Of a DNA stretch of 19,520 nt, positions 9,783 through 18,320 are shown one piece after another (within the stretch, counting starts at the first letter, position 1; every line of letters starts with the position of its first letter). Position numbers and translations under genes: made by a program. The stretch is from an uncultured Nitrososphaerota archaeon (GTDB lineage Archaea > Asgardarchaeota > Njordarchaeia > Njordarchaeales > Panguiarchaeaceae), in the NCBI GenBank assembly GCA_964636085.1, contig CAZWPQ010000002.1, positions 97,249-116,768 on the forward strand. Reading direction: 5' to 3'. The notes under the pieces were generated by a model. The model did not search any database. It was not told the origin of the DNA and saw nothing but the letters and a program-made list of their open reading frames with translations.

Positions 9783-12700
9783 TCACCTTCTCTTCTTTCG
9801 CCAAGGATATAAATCAAACGCTATTGTGCCTTCAATATCTCTCAGTGACTGAGGTGCATTTTGAAAGACAATATCCTTCTCAGCATGTTTATGTTTTAGA
9901 TCTCCAAGAACCACATGGAAATTTGTCGTGAAATATTCGTTATACCTGAGGTTATCATTGTGCTTCTTTGCAAGCGACTTCCAACGGTCAATTAATGAAT
10001 GTATAAATCTTTCAAGCCAAACAATATTTGGTCTTCGTGGATCTGGCTGTTCCTTAGCTCTCCAAGTGATATAATTTACTATTAAATCTCTAATACTACG
10101 TAAACATTTTCCCCTTTTGCCGCTATCATCTAGTAGCTTGATTAGATGTGCATATTCGTTCAAATAGATAGGATCCTTTAAAGTTAAACCATGTGTTCGA
10201 TAATTTACATTCCTGAGCATCGACACGATAACAGGTCCTAATGCTCGCTCTAGGGTTCCGACCGAGAATGGTGCCGCAGTTATCTCTTCAACTGATTTAT
10301 CAAGCATTCGATGGTACCCACAGAAGAACTCATAGTGGCTCAAATCACGTGGTCTTGAGGATCTGTATAGTGTTACAACAAGACCTCCTCTCATCCTACC
10401 AACTCGTCCAGTGGCCTGAATGTATGCTGATGTCGTTTTGGGCTGCCCATGAACTACCATGGAGGAAAGCCTCCCTACATCCACCCCGGTTCCGAACATT
10501 GACGTAGCAAATAATGCGTCTGGTGCATTGTGGGGATACTTGCGGTTTAGTATATTCAGTATCGACGGTAAATCTGTTGATTTTGTCCGGCTCGATAATT
10601 CAAGTACGGTCTCATCAGAAATATGTCGTCTTCTCTTACCAGCAATCTTCTGGAGCCTCTCAGGTATGTCTTGGCGGTATAGACTTAACGCCCCTGCAAG
10701 CTCCCTTACAGCGTTGAAGTAGCCAACGATTGTCCAAAACTTGTCAACTTCTGCAGGATTTACCCCCATATCAGAAAGATCTCTAGTGGCTTGAAGCATT
10801 CTTGCCCATATCCTAACTATTGGAGTTAACCCACCCTTTCCGGGGGCTAAAATACCCATGTACACCCTACCGGGTCTGTCCTCGTGTAATGGGTGTCTAT
10901 CGAGGAATTTAATGAAAAACCTGTCGTCGATATCTGGGCTTGGAGGCGGGAACAGAGCCAAATCTCTGATGAAAAGACTTCTTACATGTTCATGTGCTCT
11001 CTTTATTGTAGCTGTCGATGCTATGTATTTTGGCCTATGGTTTTTTATTGCTGCTAGGAACTCAACAGCGGATTCATATATCCCGACTAGGCTCCCAAGG
11101 GGCCCCTCAATGAGATGTAATTCATCTTGAATTATCAAGTCGGGAGGGTCTAAACGTGGAATTGGCTTGTATAAATTCAAGCCATAGTCCTCTGGGTGTT
11201 CACTGTCTGATTTTCCACTTAGTCGCTTTGATGCGTAAGGAATCAAGTAAGGTCTGTAGTACCCATATAGAGCGTGATAGTACTCAACATTCCCAAAAAG
11301 TGCGGCCGCACGGGCTTCGAAGGCAAGCCTTGCAATCTTGTCTACTGTGGCGATGAGGAATGAAGGTGGATTGTGATATATCTGTTCATCAACCGTCAAT
11401 GCTGGAATTGGTATTCGAGTAGACACAAACTGTCGCGAACCGCCGTTAAATGCATCACATCGGCAAAATTCTGGAACCATCTTGAAGACGTTTCCGTCAG
11501 GACTCTCTACAACACGCTTGTTAATTTCAATTCTGGTTTTCTGGAACAGTCTGAAAATCATATTCCTCGTTTGGTTTTTAGCTCGCTTTCTACCTTTAAC
11601 TGACCCACCGATGAATCTTAGGTCGAATAATGGCGAAAGTGGTGCTCCCTCAACCCAGAGAACTCCTTTGTTAAGTTTGCATTCTGGATTCGGGCAGAAT
11701 ATTTCAAAGTTGTACTTCTTCTCAGCACCGTATGGTGTCTTGAATTTAAGGATAAAGTAGCCTGGTCGCGATGGTCTTGCACAGACAATTTCCACTCGAA
11801 TTCCCTTCCCCCGTAGAAATTCCTTTAAATAATTCCATAGCTTATCTAAATCGTCAGACTTGATCGGGTTTCCCGAGGTAATCTTAAGTATCACTGTATA
11901 GTAATTTTTTCTCACTTGAACAACTTTTCTGTGTGTCACTCTCAAACCAATGACACCATTACTTTCAAAGAATTCGTTTATGCACCCCTGAAGCTGGTCG
12001 GCATCGAGATCTACTTCGGTTCTCACAAGCCAGTATATTATATGTTCTTTGTTTGATTCTAGACCCATTTCTGGTATGCTTAATATAGAGCCACATACCG
12101 GACAGTTCAGGACTTGGGCAGGTTCTCCTTGTACTATCGCTCCCTCCTTTATTTTATCTTCTAAGATACTAAGCGCCCCAGCGATTACTTGTTTGGTGTC
12201 TTGGCTCCATGTATCATGGAGCCTGTTCGGCGTCACATGGCCTCCTACCCAAAGCCCTATTGAAATTCGAGACGTCCCCCATATGAAGTCATCCTTTATT
12301 CCACACTTCTTCGGTCGCCATCCAATAGGTTCACCGCTGCCAAGACCGTAGACTCGAAGATATTCGCATGCAGTTATCATCCTAAGGGCTCTTCTAAACT
12401 GCTGTATCGTAAGAAGTCGCAGGGTGTATCTAAGAATCACAGCAACGCCAGTCCCTGTTTTATCGAGATTCTCTTCACTTCTTTTTAAGGCTTTCCGTCT
12501 GCGATAGGCTATAGCAAATGCTGCTAGAGCAAGGTAAGCTTCGGTTTTTCCAGCACCGGTTGGAACCCATAACAAATCACACACGTTTCTGTAATGAGAG
12601 TCCTCATTGACTATGGACTCCAATACTAGTAGAATGAATGCCAATTGAAAGGGGCGCCAAGTAAATTTTCCTCTCTTCGACCACTTTGCTTGAAGATCTA

Positions 12701-14006
12701 TAACTTTGTTGGCAAAACAAAATGCTAAACGTGCATCCTCATCCTTGATTAGAAGTTCTATCCCAGAACGTATACGTTGAAGGGTCTCCTCGCACTTTGC
12801 TATGATTCTTTCTGCTATTTTTCTCTCTAGCTCAGGCTGTGCTGAAATCTTACGTTTCCAATGTTTGATCCATTTTTTGTATGCTAGAACAATAGGCCTC
12901 AATGCCCGTTTAATCTCTTCCGGATCCCAAAGCTCAGCAAGTTCTTCAGCGCTCAGAACGGGCGGATCCCCATATTCCCCGCGCCAACCGATTTCGGGAA
13001 ATTCAACATTGCAAATGGGAGTGAACTCCGTCCTTGCATCTGGACATGCGAATGTCTCCCTAACGTCACTTCCATAAAGTTTTTCGACAAATTCTCCATC
13101 AACCCAATAGAAGGGTGGTGCTTTTGGTCTCAATTTTTCAATCTGAGGATTCTTAACAGGCTTCTCTGGATCGATGTCTCTCCATATTGCTGAGCACATG
13201 TGACCTCGAGCCTTAGCCGCCTTCTTCTGGTAGAGAAACTCCAGTTCCTCCCTTCTCGTGCTCATACCTTTAAGAGAGTATTGCTGAGAGACTAGACGCG
13301 TACCATCTGTCAACTTAACACGTATCTGAGGTTGGAAAATATGCTTCTCAATGAATTCATGCATATCTTTAGTAGGTCCCTGTTCTACACGCATGTTATT
13401 GATTAAGAATATGCTCACATGGATCTTGCTACCGTTTAGTCTTCGTGATAGTATATATAAACATATCTCAGCATCTTTCTTGGTGGTCTTACCTTTCTCA
13501 TTAAGACAATAGGATATCACCCTCTGTTTTTCTGGATCTATCGTAATAGGGTCTTTAGAGTACCATGCTCTCGGATAACGTTTCCATATATAAACATCCC
13601 CGTGTTTTTCTCTAAGGTATCGAGCCCACGTAATACAAATTTGCATCTTGGGCTCTCCACTCTCCTTCTCCACAACGAAAGAGAGACCTATTGATCGCGG
13701 GAGATTTTTTGGATTCAACACAGGCTGAACGAGTGCTGCAATGGTGACATCAACATCCTCATCCTCCACATCCTCTTCAAAGCTTTCCGCAAGTTTCGAA
13801 GGTAAAGATCCTTCAACATTCTCATCCACAATAGCTGATTCCGTAGGCTCCTTCACTGCTGGAGCTAGAACACCAGTTATGTACTCAGATAGAGGTGTAT
13901 CCCCTGGGGGCAAAGTCTCATAAATGCCATTCCTAGGTCCTAAAACTTCCTTTGCGAGCTCGCTGATAAGGAAAGCTCTTACCAGCAGATTCATTATACT
14001 CACCAT
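9783..14006 (-). CDS. drmA: DISARM SF2 helicase DrmA
   Basis: Q motif WRPFQLAF, Walker A PTGAGKTEAY, RYTLRLLTIQQF, IATVDK, Walker B IIQDELH, STAT, VGYFNAVREL, ATSMFGTGVDV, motif VI YIQATGRVGR and RPRDLSHYE. Immediately upstream of the DUF1998 and PLD genes. An alternative SD-supported start lies at 13994. Confidence 0.92.
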   Translation of the reverse strand: MVSIMNLLVRAFLISELAKEVLGPRNGIYETLPPGDTPLSEYITGVLAPAVKEPTESAIVDENVEGSLPSKLAESFEEDVEDEDVDVTIAALVQPVLNPKNLPRSIGLSFVVEKESGEPKMQICITWARYLREKHGDVYIWKRYPRAWYSKDPITIDPEKQRVISYCLNEKGKTTKKDAEICLYILSRRLNGSKIHVSIFLINNMRVEQGPTKDMHEFIEKHIFQPQIRVKLTDGTRLVSQQYSLKGMSTRREELEFLYQKKAAKARGHMCSAIWRDIDPEKPVKNPQIEKLRPKAPPFYWVDGEFVEKLYGSDVRETFACPDARTEFTPICNVEFPEIGWRGEYGDPPVLSAEELAELWDPEEIKRALRPIVLAYKKWIKHWKRKISAQPELERKIAERIIAKCEETLQRIRSGIELLIKDEDARLAFCFANKVIDLQAKWSKRGKFTWRPFQLAFILLVLESIVNEDSHYRNVCDLLWVPTGAGKTEAYLALAAFAIAYRRRKALKRSEENLDKTGTGVAVILRYTLRLLTIQQFRRALRMITACEYLRVYGLGSGEPIGWRPKKCGIKDDFIWGTSRISIGLWVGGHVTPNRLHDTWSQDTKQVIAGALSILEDKIKEGAIVQGEPAQVLNCPVCGSILSIPEMGLESNKEHIIYWLVRTEVDLDADQLQGCINEFFESNGVIGLRVTHRKVVQVRKNYYTVILKITSGNPIKSDDLDKLWNYLKEFLRGKGIRVEIVCARPSRPGYFILKFKTPYGAEKKYNFEIFCPNPECKLNKGVLWVEGAPLSPLFDLRFIGGSVKGRKRAKNQTRNMIFRLFQKTRIEINKRVVESPDGNVFKMVPEFCRCDAFNGGSRQFVSTRIPIPALTVDEQIYHNPPSFLIATVDKIARLAFEARAAALFGNVEYYHALYGYYRPYLIPYASKRLSGKSDSEHPEDYGLNLYKPIPRLDPPDLIIQDELHLIEGPLGSLVGIYESAVEFLAAIKNHRPKYIASTATIKRAHEHVRSLFIRDLALFPPPSPDIDDRFFIKFLDRHPLHEDRPGRVYMGILAPGKGGLTPIVRIWARMLQATRDLSDMGVNPAEVDKFWTIVGYFNAVRELAGALSLYRQDIPERLQKIAGKRRRHISDETVLELSSRTKSTDLPSILNILNRKYPHNAPDALFATSMFGTGVDVGRLSSMVVHGQPKTTSAYIQATGRVGRMRGGLVVTLYRSSRPRDLSHYEFFCGYHRMLDKSVEEITAAPFSVGTLERALGPVIVSMLRNVNYRTHGLTLKDPIYLNEYAHLIKLLDDSGKRGKCLRSIRDLIVNYITWRAKEQPDPRRPNIVWLERFIHSLIDRWKSLAKKHNDNLRYNEYFTTNFHVVLGDLKHKHAEKDIVFQNAPQSLRDIEGTIAFDLYPWRKKRR

Positions 14007-14295
14007 AAAAAATATAATTTCTTTCGCATTTAAAAATGTTTCGTTTGGTTATTTAAGAAAGCATACGATACAGGCAATGTAAATCATAATGAAATATGAT
14101 TCATTATGATAAATTATCATAAATTATTTTGAAATATGTTATTAAAACACAGCTTTTAAAGGAATACATCATCGAACGACTAGGCACCAAAGTCAGGAAG
14201 CATGTGGTTTATGCGTAATATTCCGTATATTCTTAATTTTCAACCATTTTTATAAGCCAATTTTTGTTATTATGTATGTATGGAGAGGAGTTATC
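14007..14295. promoter_or_regulatory. Divergent AT-rich promoter region between drmA and the methyltransferase operon
   Basis: TTTTTAAA on the minus strand (14029-14036), about 25 nt upstream of drmA. TTTATAA on the plus strand (14249-14255), upstream of the SD GGAGAGGAG (14282-14290). Confidence 0.55.
14083..14122. repeat. Two overlapping perfect inverted repeats (operator-like)
   Basis: ATCATAATGAA (14083-14093)-N6-TTCATTATGAT (14100-14110), and TTATGATAA (14104-14112)-A-TTATCATAA (14114-14122). Confidence 0.7.
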
Positions 14296-14682
14296 ATGGT
14301 TAAAAGCACAAAGAAGTATAAGACACTCAAAATTCCTCCTCCGATATTGGACTGCATTAACATTGCTAAAGCGAAAATATTAATGAGCATTAACACATTC
14401 ACGAATTTACCGGTAGATGTTCTTAGCCCTAAGAAATGCCCAATTTGTGGACACGAACTCGAGCCTTTTGAATATGATACTGGACGCACGGATCTGCTAG
14501 GATACGTGTTCTGTAGGAATTGTCGCTATAAGCAACCCGTTGTGTCTGACACAGATAAACTTGAAATATCTAAGATTTCGAAATATCTGAGCGTTGGCAC
14601 CTTAATTGGTTTTGGCATAGCGTCACTACTTTTCCTGATGAAAGAGGAGATCTCTGGGAAAAAAGACTTTGTAGAGGGGTAA
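14296..14682 (+). CDS. Small protein: RHH-like N-terminus, Zn ribbon (CPICG...CRNC), C-terminal TM helix
   Basis: The ORF track gives 14272; the ATG at 14296 follows the SD GGAGAGGAG. Contains KYKTLKIP followed by a helix, two CxxC pairs and hydrophobic LSVGTLIGFGIASLLFLM. The stop is 2 nt before the MTase ATG. Confidence 0.7.
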   Translation: MVKSTKKYKTLKIPPPILDCINIAKAKILMSINTFTNLPVDVLSPKKCPICGHELEPFEYDTGRTDLLGYVFCRNCRYKQPVVSDTDKLEISKISKYLSVGTLIGFGIASLLFLMKEEISGKKDFVEG

Positions 14683-14684
14683 CG

Positions 14685-15740
14685 ATGTATAGACCCACGG
14701 TTGTCGATCTATTCTGCGGTATGGGGGGTCTATCCTATGGATTTAAGCTATTGGGCGTATTTAAAATAAAGGGTGTTGATATAAATCACTACGCGACGCT
14801 CTCATATAGATTCAACAACATCGGAGAAACACATACTTGGGACATAAGATCTAAATTCCCAAGAAAATACCTCCCTCTAATTGTTGTAGGAGGACCTCCA
14901 TGCAAGCCATGGTCCGCGGTGAATGTTAGATTGAGGCGAAGATCCCATCCTGATTATAGTCTAATCTCTAAGTTTTTTGAATATATTAGGTGGATTAACT
15001 TAAGGTCAAAGGGCAAGAAACCAGCAGTTGTAGTACTGGAAAATGTGCCTCCCTTGAGGAGAGATCCAATTCTCCAAAAAGAGCTTGAAAAAATGCAAAA
15101 AATTGGCTTCTCCCACAGTGCACGTGTGATATCCTATTATGACTTCGGTGCTGCTAGCGGTAGAAGAAGACTTTTTGTGGTTCTAGTTAATGAAAACTTA
15201 GTACAATTAAGCGGACACGGTGCGGAGATCATCTTCGGTATACTCGAGGAATTTAGAAATAGAGTCAAAAGAAGACGAGTTGTTCGGGATGTTATCTCAG
15301 ATCTAGAGAATGTCGAGCGAAATAGCATCCCTGACCACGAGTGGCCAATTCTAAAGACAATACGCAGATACATTAATCTTTATAGGACGAATAAATACGG
15401 GTGGTATGTTCTAAGGTGGGATCAACCTGCTAAAAGTTTTGGGAACATCATGAAGACTTATATCCTACATCCTTCTGCTTGGGACTGGATTCATAATGGT
15501 CATAGTTCGGAGCGTTTTAACTCTGTGAGAGTTATCTCCGTGCGAGAGGCTATGAGGATTATGGGCTTTGGTGATAGCTTTACTAAGGATAAGGAACTTC
15601 AAGAGCTCAGCTATATTTTCCCTAAATCCGTTCCAATGAGCCACAAGTATCAAATGGTCGCTGATGCCGTTAGTCCCATCTTCTCAAAGTACTTAGCAGA
15701 AGCTATTCTAAAATTTCTCCAAGAGCATGGCTTAATGTAG
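14685..15740 (+). CDS. DNA (cytosine-5)-methyltransferase, DrmMII-like by context
   Basis: Motif I DLFCGMGG, motif II GVDIN, motif IV GGPPC (catalytic Cys), motif VI LENV, motif VIII RRR, motif IX SVREAMRIMGF and motif X QMVADAVSP. Confidence 0.92.
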   Translation: MYRPTVVDLFCGMGGLSYGFKLLGVFKIKGVDINHYATLSYRFNNIGETHTWDIRSKFPRKYLPLIVVGGPPCKPWSAVNVRLRRRSHPDYSLISKFFEYIRWINLRSKGKKPAVVVLENVPPLRRDPILQKELEKMQKIGFSHSARVISYYDFGAASGRRRLFVVLVNENLVQLSGHGAEIIFGILEEFRNRVKRRRVVRDVISDLENVERNSIPDHEWPILKTIRRYINLYRTNKYGWYVLRWDQPAKSFGNIMKTYILHPSAWDWIHNGHSSERFNSVRVISVREAMRIMGFGDSFTKDKELQELSYIFPKSVPMSHKYQMVADAVSPIFSKYLAEAILKFLQEHGLM

Positions 15741-15751
15741 GTTCCTCAGAT

Positions 15752-16477
15752 ATGAACAATCAGCAAAAGAAACCGCGTCGCATAATCAATATGTTAAGAC
15801 ATAAGATAAAAATCTATGGATCTACTTTCTCTGAGTTGATTGTGAAAAATTCGGGCAATATCATTGAAGATTGGCCATGGAGGCGAGCGAAGGATCCGTT
15901 TTTGATAATGATTACAGAGATGCTCCTCCAGAGAACCCGAAGGAGTCAAGTGCTAAGAGTGTATAATAAAATTGTTTCAGCAATGAATAAACATGGGAGC
16001 CTATGTGCCGTTCTCGAGATCTACGGTAAAGAGAGATTAATAAAGTTATTGAAATCTCTAGGTCTTATGTGGAGAGTTATTAATGTAATTAAAGCTGTAG
16101 AATTCGTATGTGAAAGATATGGCGGGAGAGTACCTAGCGATACCAAAAGTTTAACAAAAATTCCTGGTGTTGGCCAATATGTATCGAGAGCAGTACTATG
16201 CTTAGCCTTTGGGGAAGATGTGGCGATGGTTGACACCAATGTGGAGCGAATAGTATTTAGGTTCTTTTTAGGATGTGACCCACCTAAAATTGAAATTAGA
16301 AGGAATAGAGAATTTCTTAAACTAATTGATTCGCTGATTCCAAAAGGAAACGCTAGGGTGTTTAACCTCACGCTCATAGATCTGGGATCCAAAATCTGCC
16401 TACCAACGAGACCCAATTGCAGAAATTGTCCTCTTAATCTCCAATGCAAGTACGCTAAGACAGAGAACTTAAATTAA
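15752..16477 (+). CDS. mig: HhH-GPD DNA glycosylase with 4Fe-4S cluster; Mig/TDG-type T/G (U/G) mismatch glycosylase
   Basis: PWR...DP....TEMLLQRT, helix-hairpin-helix IPGVGQY (Tyr, not the lyase Lys of EndoIII), catalytic VDTN, FNL (MutY typically has FNQ) and CLPTRPNCRNCPLNLQC (Cx6Cx2Cx5C). No MutY C-terminal NUDIX-like domain. Located 11 nt downstream of a C5-MTase. Confidence 0.8.
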   Translation: MNNQQKKPRRIINMLRHKIKIYGSTFSELIVKNSGNIIEDWPWRRAKDPFLIMITEMLLQRTRRSQVLRVYNKIVSAMNKHGSLCAVLEIYGKERLIKLLKSLGLMWRVINVIKAVEFVCERYGGRVPSDTKSLTKIPGVGQYVSRAVLCLAFGEDVAMVDTNVERIVFRFFLGCDPPKIEIRRNREFLKLIDSLIPKGNARVFNLTLIDLGSKICLPTRPNCRNCPLNLQCKYAKTENLN

Positions 16478-16721
16478 AGTCTTGTGTCCCTGTTCTTTAA
16501 AAATATACGATTAAAGATAGAATTGTATGATAAATTAAAATATTTTTAAAAATTTCATGATTATTCTTCTATAATTAGTTAGGCATATGATGTATATGCG
16601 TCAACTGGCCATGTTATGTGAATATTACATCAGAAAGATTGGATTCGTGATTCAATTCGTAATCCTAATGGGCTCTATGGAATGCAAATTAATTTAAGCA
16701 TTTGTAATGAAGGTGTGCTAT

Positions 16722-18320
16722 ATGTTTGTTGAAAAGAAACCAAAGGGATGGTTAATTAATAATTATGTCGTTTCGAACCCCTTTGTTATATTCCATATAG
16801 CTGCTGAGATTATAAAGCATGGTGGAGAGCAGAACCTCGCCGACATCGCAAATACATTCCTAAGCACCGGAGACGAGGGATTTGGCAGTTACCTTTACAA
16901 CAAAATTTTAAACCTAACTATAGAGTCTTTTTATAATATTTTTAGAGAGGCGTATCCTTCAACGATAAGGGATAAGCCTAAGAGGGAAAAAGAACTTAAA
17001 AGATGGTTTCGGAAGGCCTTTTATAGGGTATGGTCTGCCGTGGTTAATTGGTATTCTGTCGTGTCCACACTAGAAAAAGCAAAAAAAGAGCTTAGACACG
17101 AAATGATAGGTGAGTACATCGACTTATTTAAAATGGCACCCTTAGAGTTTGTTCGCTTCACTACTCAGAAGGCTATTCCGCTCTACATCCAAAGTAAACG
17201 TAAGAGCGTCACATCGTCTAAACAAAATATTATTGTTAGAACATTAAGCATGTTGGACATGCAGTCATTTAAATACATTGTTCCAATAACAGCCCTTGTA
17301 ACTTTCTATGCCTACTCGGAGCCACTCTACATAATTTTCTCGATAATATACAATTTTGTTGCCAAGTACTTTAAAGAACTAAATTATCTCCTAGACTTAG
17401 GCAAGAAAATCATAACATCATCCATCGGTGGACTCAAACTCACAGTAAATGTAGACAAGCTTAGAAGAATAGTGTACCAAGCATTCGTGTCTAGGCTTAT
17501 CTTCACGATTGTAGGATCACAATACGAGAATAGAGTGCGAATACCAATAGAGTTTTTAATCAGTTTAGTATTACGCAGAAGGCGAGGATGGACTTGGTCT
17601 GAACTCTATGAAGAGAATCCAATACCCTTAGAAATATACCGTATAGTAAGTTGTTTGTTTTCTAAAAAGCCTGCCACCATGGTTTCTATCGCTTCAGGCA
17701 AACATGAGGACGATTTCGAACCAATCAAATTCAAATCAACACTTGATCTGCCTGATGATTATACGCATCTCAACTCATTCACAATCTCGGAAACAGCCCT
17801 TGCTTTATCTCTAGCGATGAAGTTTACCTTTTTAGCAATACTACAGTTGCCTGAGCATGAAATCGATCAAGGTTATCTAAAGAAAATGCTCTTAAGCTAT
17901 ATATTTACTCCTGCCGATGTTCTTATAGCATATTATAAAATTAAGGGCAAAACGCAAACAAGTGGATATGTCAGGATTGACGATTTAACAAGGGAGATCA
18001 TTAAGTCATACTCGGACAAGAAACTACTTAGTGGAACGCAGAGTATCTTTGACAGATATCTTGTTCTTGCCAACAATGAATCTAAGAGTTCGATACGTTC
18101 GATTGTAGAGGGGTTAATCCGTGGAGAAATACCCCTCTCTAACATACGAAGTTTAGGTTTCTCAGTAGGCTTCTGGCACGCATTACTAGGAAGCAGATAC
18201 ATGGATGTTCACACAGCTATTAGAGAGAAAGGTTTGGATATATATACTTATCGAAGACCGGTTGATGGATTTTTGTTCAATTTTAATATAACTGATTCGG
18301 AGGAGGTGATGTTTTTATGA
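16722..18320 (+). CDS. Hypothetical protein (~532 aa), mostly helical, coupled to the downstream ATPase
   Basis: Long ORF (track start 16707). The ATG at 16722 has AGGTG 6 nt upstream and AATTTAAG at 16691-16698. Its stop overlaps the next ATG (ATGA). No catalytic motif recognised. Confidence 0.75.
   Translation: MFVEKKPKGWLINNYVVSNPFVIFHIAAEIIKHGGEQNLADIANTFLSTGDEGFGSYLYNKILNLTIESFYNIFREAYPSTIRDKPKREKELKRWFRKAFYRVWSAVVNWYSVVSTLEKAKKELRHEMIGEYIDLFKMAPLEFVRFTTQKAIPLYIQSKRKSVTSSKQNIIVRTLSMLDMQSFKYIVPITALVTFYAYSEPLYIIFSIIYNFVAKYFKELNYLLDLGKKIITSSIGGLKLTVNVDKLRRIVYQAFVSRLIFTIVGSQYENRVRIPIEFLISLVLRRRRGWTWSELYEENPIPLEIYRIVSCLFSKKPATMVSIASGKHEDDFEPIKFKSTLDLPDDYTHLNSFTISETALALSLAMKFTFLAILQLPEHEIDQGYLKKMLLSYIFTPADVLIAYYKIKGKTQTSGYVRIDDLTREIIKSYSDKKLLSGTQSIFDRYLVLANNESKSSIRSIVEGLIRGEIPLSNIRSLGFSVGFWHALLGSRYMDVHTAIREKGLDIYTYRRPVDGFLFNFNITDSEEVMFL

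Larger units (their letters stand above)
7454..16477. other. DISARM-type defence locus (drmABC plus divergent C5-MTase/glycosylase operon)
   Basis: Co-occurrence and translational coupling of a helicase, DUF1998 and PLD genes next to a C5-MTase. Confidence 0.85.

Noticed and set aside
410-13923. Many short antisense or nested ORFs within the surface protein, AKR, drmA, drmB and drmC
   Set aside because: They are shadow ORFs fully overlapping well-supported genes, with no independent motifs.
9783-14006. Intein in DrmA as an explanation for its length
   Set aside because: No intein-like splice junction or homing endonuclease motif was seen at a conserved helicase motif.
15752-16477. Annotation as MutY or endonuclease III
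   Set aside because: It lacks the MutY C-terminal domain and FNQ, and has Tyr instead of the EndoIII lyase Lys. The context next to a C5-MTase favours Mig.
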